DNA of 57,689 nucleotides, counting the filler, from Sphacelaria rigidula (lineage: Eukaryota): NCBI GenBank assembly GCA_964200075.2. It is 4 parts of 4 records of this genome, joined end to end, with 100 filler letters (N's around TTAATTAATTAA, not from the genome) between each part and the next. Parts side by side here need not be neighbours in the genome. Positions count along the whole stretch, not along the records: positions 43,347 to 57,689 come from CAXNAA020002303.1; 3 more parts are not named here. One strand, written 5' to 3'. The first letter of the stretch is position 1; each line of letters opens with the position of its first letter. This document shows positions 49,290 through 57,689 of this stretch, piece after piece. Made by a program: the position numbers and the translations under genes. The notes beneath the pieces are model-generated. The model did no database searches. It was not told the origin of the DNA and saw only the letters and a list, made by a program, of their open reading frames with translations.

Positions 49290-50972
49290 GACGCGGCGAA
49301 CGCCGCGGCTCGATTATTTGAACTCGCGAACTCGGCGGAAGCTATGGATATGGCCGCCGAGCTCACTGCGGACGTTTGCCACGCGCTTGAGATGGAACAC
49401 ATGTCGGGCGAGAGGAACGATCCGCGGTTCGCGGTCAGTCACCCTGCGAGCATCGCCAGCCGAGATGGTGATGTTAATGACAGCTACAGCTTCACCTTAG
49501 AGCGGGGTAGGGCTGCTCTCGCATCGGGCACCCTCGGGGGGCAAGTGACATCGACAGCATCAGCATCATCAGTGAGCGCGGCGGGTGATGCTGGTGCCGG
49601 CACGCATCGTTACCGCAGCGATAGCAGCGCCCGGGGCAGTGTTTGGAGCGGCAACACCGACCGCACGAGCAGGGCGGCGGCGGTGGAGGTGCGCACCCAC
49701 CCGACCCCGATCACACAGGCCGACTTGTACCGGAACAGAGGCCTGCGACTGTCGAGCCCGGAATTTGCCGCCGCCATTGCCTCTTCCACTCTGTCCCCTC
49801 ACCCATCACCAGCTGCAGCTTCGCCACTTCCTCCAGCTCCCGGTACACCGTCGAGTGGTGATGGCGTGGGTATTGGGCAAGCCGGGAGCGGCAGTGCAGC
49901 TGCTTCGTCGAACGTGGTTGGGAGTAGCGGCGCCGAGACCGGAGGATGGAGCACGCCTTCAACCCCTGTCGGCCGGCTCGACTGGTCGGGTGCAAGCTCT
50001 GCCCCGGCCGTGATACAAGACGGAGTACCAGTGGCGAGCGCCGGCGGAGGGCGGCGGCGTTCCAACAGCACCAGTATGGTCGGCGACAGAGTCAATGAAG
50101 TACCGGACACCCTGGTATTTCGACAGAACGTCGTGGGCAGCGAGAACGAGGTTGCCGTTGCGGGCACGGGTGTAGATGTGAGTGCCGACGACCCCGATTC
50201 TCCTGGCGCGCCGGTCGGATACCGCCGTGACGGCCCGCATGTCATGCCAAGGCACAGCATGCGCACGTTCCTTCCGATCCTGAGGGGGGCGCCGGTCGAA
50301 CTGGCGAGACAGTTGTCACCACCGACTCCACGTGCGGTGGAGCGCACCCTGCACGATTCATCCCGGCGATACCAGGAAGTTGGCAGCGATGACCGATCGC
50401 CGACGGAAACGCGAGGTAGAACAGGAACCGCCAGTGGGGTGGTTTCCGACGACGTCGCTGATGGCAGTGGGGCGCAAGCCGATTTCGACATTGATCGAAG
50501 CGACGTGCACGGTAACGGCGCGTCGCCCCAATCAGCGGGAAGTTGGCTGCAAAAGGTGGTGGTGACAATCGTCTTGTTGTTTGCGTTCGACGGCCTTCGA
50601 CACGAGCTTTTCGGCACCCGCCGCGCGACTCCGCCGCGCAGGAAAAGTGCGACTCGTTCCTCGTTCTCCACGCGGGCGGCGGGATCAAAAGGGATATTAC
50701 GGCGGCCCACGTGCCAAGACCCTGAAACGGGGGCAACCATGGTCATCTGGGCTACCCCCCGGGGCGTGTGCTTGTCTCTCGATGAGGAGGAAAGTGGGGA
50801 TGCCGAGGTGTGGGGAGGGGTCAGCCCAGCTTGCGGGGCGGAGTTTCGGCTGTGTGCGGCGCGTGAGACCGCTAGGGTAACGCGTAGCGGTGAGGGTGAT
50901 GGAATCGCCAGTGAACGTGTACGGGCACGGGAGAAGGAGGCAGCAGCGTCATTGTGCGATGCAACGTTTTAG
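49290..50972 (+). CDS. Unknown protein, terminal exon D: helical start, long Ser/Gly/Pro-rich region, predicted TM helix (WLQKVVVTIVLLFAF), Cys-containing C-terminus
   Basis: 1683-nt GC-rich open frame ending in TAG. In phase with exon C. Family not recognised. Confidence 0.75.
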   Translation, partial: DAANAAARLFELANSAEAMDMAAELTADVCHALEMEHMSGERNDPRFAVSHPASIASRDGDVNDSYSFTLERGRAALASGTLGGQVTSTASASSVSAAGDAGAGTHRYRSDSSARGSVWSGNTDRTSRAAAVEVRTHPTPITQADLYRNRGLRLSSPEFAAAIASSTLSPHPSPAAASPLPPAPGTPSSGDGVGIGQAGSGSAAASSNVVGSSGAETGGWSTPSTPVGRLDWSGASSAPAVIQDGVPVASAGGGRRRSNSTSMVGDRVNEVPDTLVFRQNVVGSENEVAVAGTGVDVSADDPDSPGAPVGYRRDGPHVMPRHSMRTFLPILRGAPVELARQLSPPTPRAVERTLHDSSRRYQEVGSDDRSPTETRGRTGTASGVVSDDVADGSGAQADFDIDRSDVHGNGASPQSAGSWLQKVVVTIVLLFAFDGLRHELFGTRRATPPRRKSATRSSFSTRAAGSKGILRRPTCQDPETGATMVIWATPRGVCLSLDEEESGDAEVWGGVSPACGAEFRLCAARETARVTRSGEGDGIASERVRAREKEAAASLCDATF

Positions 50973-51189
50973 CCACGTAGTGCATAGCTCACCTCAGGGA
51001 GTCAAGACTGCCATGTTGTAGGACCGGGAGAGGAGGAAAAATAATGCACATAAAACCTTCATATTTGGATGTCACGCGCCTTATTTGAAGGAGACGACGA
51101 GACATTACCAATGTAGTACATGCCGGAATATTGGTGTGAGGGACCACAACCGTTGAGAATGTATCGTTTTTGCCCTGTTGCTTGTGGGA

Positions 51190-52235
51190 CGGAGAGCCAA
51201 CAAGTGAACAGCGTGGAGCCCTGTGATAGAGAGGTGTGGCAAAAATTAATACACTGTTAACTGTTACCCTATTTATTGGCGAGGCTGAGAGCCACCGATA
51301 AGTATGGTGAATGTTGTGGGGTCCTGCGACAGAGAAGGCGCGGCAAAAATCAATGTACTTACTGTTGGTGATACTTGATTGATTGGCGAAGCTGAGAGGC
51401 ACCGAGGAGTGTGACTGTTCTGGGGCCCTGTGATAAAAAGGGTGTGACGAAAACAAAGTACTGGCTTTGGCGTATTTGCGTTGGAGTGTCTGGTTTTGCC
51501 GCCAACAAGTGAACAGCGTGGAGCCCTGTGATAGAGAGGGTGTGGCAGAAATCAGCATATCGGTGACTGTTACCCTATTTATTGGCGAGGCTGAGAGCCA
51601 CCGATAAGTATGGTGAATGTTGTGGGGTCCTGCGACAGAGAAGGCGCGGCAAAAATCAATGTACTTACTGTTGGTGATACTTGGTTTATTGGCGAAGCTG
51701 AGGGGCACCGAGGAGTGTGACTGTTCTGGGACCCTGTGATGAAGAGGGTGTGGCGAAAACGAAGTACTGGCTTTGGCGTATTTGCGTTGGAATGGCGGGA
51801 TGCCGACGAACAAATTGTGGGCTAAAATGTTCTGGGGCCCTGTGATGGATAGTCCGGAATTACCCTATTTGTTGACATGGTAGACCATGAGCCAAAAACA
51901 GAATATTCGCTTGATGTCGCCGGAACCCTGTGACTGTGAAGGGTGCGGTGAAAACAATGTACTGCATTTTCCCTATTCGTTGTGCGAGACGGAGAGCCAG
52001 CAATAATCATGCGTGCGAAACGTTTTGGGGCCCTGTGATGGATGGTCTGTTGTTGCCCTGCTTGTTGATGGGGCCGAAGTCCAACAACAATGTGTGGGCT
52101 GCATGTTTTGGCGCCCCGTAACAGAGGGGGTGCGCCGAAGGCAATGTGTTGCTTTTGGCCTCTGTGTTGGTCGAGCTGAGAGCCAATAACAACATGTGAG
52201 CAAAATGTTGAATGTTTAGGGGCGCTGTAATTGAG
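51190..52235 (+). repeat. Tandem array of ~100-bp units with a ~304-bp higher-order duplication
   Basis: GCCCTGTGAT-like core recurs about every 100 bp (~11 times). 51196-51484 is nearly identical to 51500-51791. Confidence 0.85.
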
Positions 52236-52289
52236 AGGCGTGTGGGTTCGGCGTTTTTGCTATTGGCATATCTTGGGGTGTGGAGATTT

Positions 52290-52856
52290 TGTCATGAAGG
52301 TGGAACAAGGGGGAGAACATTCAAGTTGAGCGCTGCTCGTTGTTGTTATTTTCCAAGTTCGTAGCTTCATAGTCCATCGGGTCGGGCAAGGGCGGAAATC
52401 CCCCTGTATATCCTCCGATCCGACATGAGAAGGAGCTACTCATATATTATATATAGAGAGAGATACATATTTGTATAGAGATACAGCGTCCCATGACTCC
52501 TTGGGGCGGGGCGAAGCAGAAACAGGATTCGTCGTGCGATTCGGAGGTACGGACAGGGTTTCGGGGTTTCGACTACTCAGCTATAGTTATCTTTATTTCG
52601 GTGTCGCTTCATGTCGAGCTGGGAGCTCTACAGGGAAGCTTTCTTGGGTAAGATTCCGAGATTACCCGGATAGGGAAGGAGTGTGCCCCGCCGTGGTGCC
52701 AACCCGCAGTCCGAATCAGCGGGTTGTGGTGGATATTATTAAGGGCAGATCCTGAGAACGCGGGGAAGCCCCAGATGAGCCGACCTGGATCTGCCACGGT
52801 CTCATCTGTCCGACGTGTGAAGAAAACACAATTTTGAGTACCGAGTTTGGTTGACA
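52290..52856. mobile_element. Candidate solo LTR (TGTCA...TGACA)
   Basis: Inverted TGTCA/TGACA termini. Flanks agattt/agatat match at 5 of 6. No second copy in the window. Confidence 0.35.
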
Positions 52857-53389
52857 AGATATATAGTGCGCTTCAAGAATACACAATTTTGAGAAGAAAC
52901 TCGAGAAGTACACGGCATCATCTTTCATGTCACCGTAAAATATGGTGTATGGGCGGCGCTCGTATTCAACCAATTGCGCGCCAGACCCTCAAATGAAGCT
53001 TGGGTGTACCACTGGAAATATTGTTTCATGACTGCTTTGGTTCAATTTGTTTTTTCCCCTCACACTGTGAGCCCCTCCCCTTCCTCGGGGCGAGTCCGTG
53101 GTCTCAAGGGATCAGCCCATCTCTCCCCCGGTACACGCCTTCCATTTTGGTCACGCGGATTGGGTCAGCACTCCCACCCTGCGTCAACTCACGGGACAAA
53201 CCCAGTCGACTACTTTGTTTTCTCACGTTCTCACGCTTCCCACGGTGGAAATAATGCCTCACGATGGGAACCTGTCCCCCATTCCCTCCACCCTAATCGC
53301 GACAGTCGGACCATTACACCACCGGGGCGCGGCAACACTATACCTTAGTCACGAGTTGTAAATCATTGAAGGGTGCTGAGCAAATTCTA

Positions 53390-53623
53390 CAGTCGGGGTG
53401 CACATTTTGCGTAAAATCTTGTCTGATTCAGGGACTCCCAACGATTCTAGATGCACAAGAATATGGTACAGGGCACCCCCGTCCGCAAACTCATTCGGGG
53501 TAACCCTAGCGCATTGAAATAGTAATCCTGGCGTACTCTCACGTACTTGATACGTCGTGTTTTGGGTGAGATAAAGGGCTCCTAACAATTGTATCCTCAG
53601 AATATATTTGTGTAGCCCTACCG
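53390..53623 (-). mobile_element. MITE family B copy (234 bp, TA TSD)
   Basis: ta-CAGTCGGGGTGCACA...TGTGTAGCCCTACCG-ta. Confidence 0.78.
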
Positions 53624-54087
53624 TAGAATCACCCTGCAGGCCACAAAGGTCAAATAAGCTACTGGAGCGACGTATATATGTCGGGTTCACGGCCATCGAA
53701 GGTAGGCGGAGACGTTTTGCTCCGAATTGAGGTCTGGCACTACAAAGCGTCGAGAGACGTCAAACTTGGCGTCAAAGCTCAATTTTCTTATCAAAGGGTG
53801 CAAACCGGCTGCATTCGTTTGAATGAACAGAATTCTCTTAGTCTGTGCATCTATCCACGTCATTCCCCCCTTCGAGGCTTCCGCGAAACAGATGCGACTT
53901 GTTTTTCTCTCGTCAATCTACTTGGCCGGTTTTGAGGGTGAACCGCGAGTCACACCTATCGCTTTGGGCATGCAAGGCATATACCAGGGGATGCTCGAAA
54001 ATAGGAACGGGTTTCGGTCAGATTTGTTTTTTCTTTCTTGGAGCTCGGGTGCTCCCCCCTCCCGACTCATTGTAGGCTGCCATCTAT

Positions 54088-54300
54088 ATGCAAGATAATC
54101 AGTACGCTTTGGGCCGAATAATCTCAGCAGATGTAGCTCACCCTTCATGCAACTCGCCGAACACATCACGAGGCTTCGCGCTTGATGATTGATTGCGAAC
54201 CTGGTCCGGCGAAAACCCGACGTGCTCCGTCTCGGCTTTGTAGGGGGGTCCCAGGTTACCAGGCATATGACTACGGTATGCAACATCATAGGTATCCTCT
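54088..54300 (+). repeat. Interspersed repeat family C, copy 3
   Basis: Matches 16281-16495. Confidence 0.8.
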
Positions 54301-54322
54301 TCCGACGGCCTCATTTTCTCAT

Positions 54323-55865
54323 GGGCAAACGACGAAAGTGGGTACGTATTTCAGCCCCAGTGTAGGTACAGGCAATCGCGCAAGTTGGAGCTTCCCGCGC
54401 TAGGTTCAAACTACTCAAACAATAATCCCGACGCAAAGGCAAGGCATCCACAGCCCATGTGGAGCATTTGTACGCCAACTTTCTCGAAAAAAGAAGCCCG
54501 TTTAGGGCCGAACAGCACCGCGGGAAACAAGGGCATCGCAGACTACCCTGTTTTGTCCGACAATTGAGTGGGTGCACCCGACGAAGTTTACCAAGTTTCT
54601 CTTGTACCTCAAAGTGTCTTGTGTTGTCTCATATGATGCCCGAAGCGTACCTGTATTTGACCAATATCGGCCTTCCACAGTGGCCGCGTCTAACCCACCG
54701 CACGGCACAAAATTGAGTGACCGGAGAACATCTCCCACTCATTGTTTCCTTCTGTCTACCGCCTGGAGACTCAAGAGCCCACGCTTCTTTCTACCTCTCC
54801 ATCCGGCCTGGACACTCGAGACCCGTGAGGAGTGATTGACACACCGCACGACCGTTGGCGAACGACACAACAAATGGCATAGCAAGTTAAAAAATTGCGG
54901 GATAACGGCTGAACCCCTCCGTCACGCATTTATGTCTTCGGCGCACAACGCAACCATGTCGAGAAAATTTGCTCTACGGGTCGCTGTCAATGGAGCGAAC
55001 GCTGCCGCACTGCCTGCACATTCTTGCGCCGTTTGTCAACGGTCGTGCGGTGTGTCAATCACTCGTCAAGGGTCTCGAGTGTCCAGGCCGTAGGGAGAGG
55101 TGGAAAAAAACAAGGATCGGACAAATCAATAAGTCGTCTGAAAATCCATTGATTTTAGTGTGATTGATTCGTACTATACGAATCATACTAATCAATCATA
55201 AATCATACGAATCAATTCCTAAGCTCCTTTCTCAGCGTTGCAACCCAGGTACGCGCAGCCCAGGCACGTGGAATGGCGCGAAAGTTGCGTAGCGACTTTT
55301 TCGGCAAGCGGTCAACTTTTTTCTCTTTGTGGAGCAATCAGGTCTGAAAAATCTTGAATCATGGTGATTCGAACCGGCGATGATTTGTCCGAACCGTGGA
55401 AAAAGGGTGGGCTCTTGAGTCTCCAGGCCGTAGACAGAAGGAAACAATGAGTTGGAGATGTTCTCCGGTCATTCAATTTTGTTCCGTGCGGTGGGTAGAC
55501 ACGGCCACTGTGGAAGGCCGATATTGGTCAAATTACACTTCGGACATCATATGAGACAGCACAAGACACATTGAGGTACAAGATAAACTTAGTAGATTTC
55601 GTCGGGTACACCCACCCCATTGTCGAACAAAGCAGGGTAGTCTGCGATGCCCTTGTTTCCCGCGGTGCTGTTCGGCTCTAATCAGTCTTCTTTTTTCGAG
55701 AAAGTTGGCGTACAAATGCTCTACATGGGCTGTGAGTGCTTTGCCTTTGCGTCGGGATTATTGTTTGGGTGGTTTGGGCCTAGCACGGGGAGCTCCAACT
55801 TGCGCGCTTACTTGTCTCTACGTTGGGGCTGAAATAGGTGACGTACCCACTTTCGTCGTTTGCCC
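54323..55865. mobile_element. Foldback/Mutator-like element with ~460-bp inverted arms
   Basis: 54323-54785 is the reverse complement of ~55403-55865 (GGGCAAACGACGAAAGTGGGTACG termini). No coding core. Confidence 0.85.
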
Positions 55866-55893
55866 CCCCCCCCCCCGTTTTTGAGTGGTGTTA

Positions 55894-56004
55894 CGGTGGG
55901 GGTGCACAGGTATCTTCTGAGATTCGAACTGTCAGGAGGCCTCTATCACAAACAAAAAACGACTAATGAAATACGTGAGGTCACGCCACAATGAGCGTTC
56001 CAAT
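55894..56004 (+). mobile_element. Left half of a MITE family B copy, interrupted at 56005
   Basis: ta-CGGTGGGGGTGCACA...gaaatacgtgagg...ttccaat aligns to 12843-12954, then similarity stops. Confidence 0.65.
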
Positions 56005-57636
56005 GAGCAGCCGATCATCGAAATTGAGAATGGAGCTGTTTATTGAGGATGAGAACCCGGAGGATTGGAATCTTCGTACCCTCACCAAATCTTCGAAATA
56101 TGGTTCTATTCCTTCATCTACTGGTTGCTATTGACAAGTACTGCACGCTACGCAAATTTGGATTTCGATAAGCGAAATTTAGAGGTCCTGGGTTGCAAAA
56201 ATATTTTCGGGAAATTGGCATTCCAATGGGCTAGGGATATCTCTCGTAAAATTGAAAAATGGAATGTCCTGACCCTACTCTTGTGTACAGTAGTGGGCTG
56301 TCTAACTTTTCAGGAGTGTTTTTGGACTTTCCTCGCGTATTACTTCTCGATAAAACGCGAAATCGCTACCGTCGGTAGACTTCTGTACCAGAAACCAATC
56401 ATCCTCGAACCACGGTGCCCAATTCATTGTTGGTTGGTGTTATCGGGCGATACAAGTAAATATCCCGTTTATCAGGAGGGTGTTATTGACCGTGAAACAC
56501 AGTTTTTCGGCTTTAGCGCAATGAGTAGGTAGAATAAGAAACAAATAAAACTGTGCGTTTCTTCACAAATATTATCGAGACAGGCGCAATTGATTGAAAA
56601 TACCGAAGAGTAAGAATCGGGGCTAAAACGTGGCAGGACCCCCGATGACCGGTCAGCCCGTAAGTCACTCAATATTGAGTACAAATGATCTTTGTCTCCT
56701 TGAAACATGGAACGGATACAAATTTCTTCAGATCTCCAATGTGGTGAGCGGTGGCAAGCGAAAAGAGCCCAAGAAAATCGCCGATTACGGAGTCATGCTA
56801 CGATAGGGGTGGGTTTTCGATTCCACGAAAAAGTGGGCTCTTAGATGCGTCAGACGACCCAACACACTCCCGGTGCGCTTGTATTTGGGTAAAAGCGATG
56901 TCCAACAGTATGGATGAGCGTTACGAATCGGAGGCAAGCGCATTCGAGGTACCGTTGCTGCTATGAACGACGATTGCAAGTAAAATTTTGTGAAAGGAAA
57001 CGGCCCAAAATACCCCCCCCCCCTATCGTTGCATGACTCTACGAAAATATCACAAAATCCCACAAAATGAGTACTTAGATCGCCCACTACTGTAGGTCCT
57101 AACTTTGGCAGCATCCGAGTGACCAAGATTGGGCCTAAATGTGCAAACCCTACCGTGGCATGACTATTTGCCTCGACCTCAACGTTTTCCCAGGCCTCGA
57201 TTTTTTTTATCTCTCGTACCCCTCCCCGGTCGCTCTCCACCTTTTACGGTGCTGGGGGGTTGTCCGAAATTATACCCCCTACAAGCCTTTTCACATGGCC
57301 AACCTTTTTGGGTTCCATACTGTCCGCCTGACACTCTCCACGATAGCCCCCTCGACAAAGTGCCTGGTTTGGGGTGGCAGAATCTTCACGTAAATTGAAA
57401 TGGAAAAAGCCGAGCACAACGAGCAGCTGGGAATTCTCACGCCTGGGTTCGTTCTCGCCAAGGTCGCCCATATGAGGCGCTTCATGCAGCTTGAACCCAA
57501 ACATCAGGCGCTGTATGTCCATTTTTTCGTGACACTTTTGGGCTTGTTTTTTGGGGGGGCTATCGTCAGATATGTAGCCTTCTTGAGGGGCACATTCTGG
57601 GAGAGTGGACGTGTGCCGCACGTTGAAAGTAAGGTC
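56005..57636. mobile_element. Long family D element (left TIR arm 56005-56210 plus internal sequence), truncated
   Basis: Arm homologous to the 25852-26298 MITE arms. Interior has long stop-poor frames with no recognisable domain. Confidence 0.5.
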
Positions 57637-57689
57637 TGTGACGCTAGCAGGTCTGCTAGTACTGCAGCGTCTAAATCCTGTTGAGGGAC
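57637..57689 (+). mobile_element. Terminus of the young TGTGACGC repeat at contig end
   Basis: Matches 28900-28958 (reverse complement). Confidence 0.6.

Noticed and set aside
51190..52235. CRISPR-like or ankyrin-coding array (period ~100 bp, 'TPLYH'-like peptides)
   Set aside because: The inter-motif segments are homologous to each other rather than unique spacers, there are no cas genes, and the context is eukaryotic. Translations lack the ankyrin consensus and shift frame between units.
54459..55715. Paired ORFs 'YANFLEKR...RAEQHRGKQGHRRLPCFVRQ'
   Set aside because: They are simply the two inverted arms of the foldback element.
57129..57398. 'PFW...PPDTLHD' resembling a Plavaka/CACTA transposase motif
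   Set aside because: Spacing and flanking residues do not fit, and the match is too short to support without an HMM search.

Overview
Eukaryotic, intron-rich and repeat-rich genomic DNA. Gene structure and repeat style suggest a stramenopile, probably a brown alga (inference). The window is not one locus. It is four unrelated contigs (1-14350, 14451-28799, 28900-43246, 43347-57689; 14350/14349/14347/14343 bp, i.e. size-sorted) joined by artificial 100-bp N44-TTAATTAATTAA-N44 spacers. Contig 1 holds the 5' ten exons (779 codons, all splice phases consistent) of the DNA polymerase alpha catalytic subunit. It lies head-to-head (~400 bp) with an unknown gene whose exon 1/2 junction creates a KEN box, and an E2F-type site sits between them. 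Contig 2 holds the 5' three exons of ciliary B9D1 (minus strand) and scattered WD40-like exon candidates (plus strand). Contig 3 holds a degenerate LINE endonuclease and the 5' exons of a short-chain acyl-CoA dehydrogenase. Contig 4 holds four exons of an unknown membrane-anchored protein (one likely GC-AG intron), a ~100-bp-unit tandem array and a nested TE cluster. Introns and intergenic DNA are full of non-autonomous elements: Harbinger-, Tc1/mariner-, piggyBac- and Mutator-like MITEs, and tRNA-derived heads. The most unusual items are a 78-bp spacerless palindrome with TGT..ACA ends and a 5-bp TSD, and a ~45-nt motif plus C-tract that recurs at least seven times. I found no CRISPR array, rRNA or intact autonomous transposon, and no clearly new multi-gene system.
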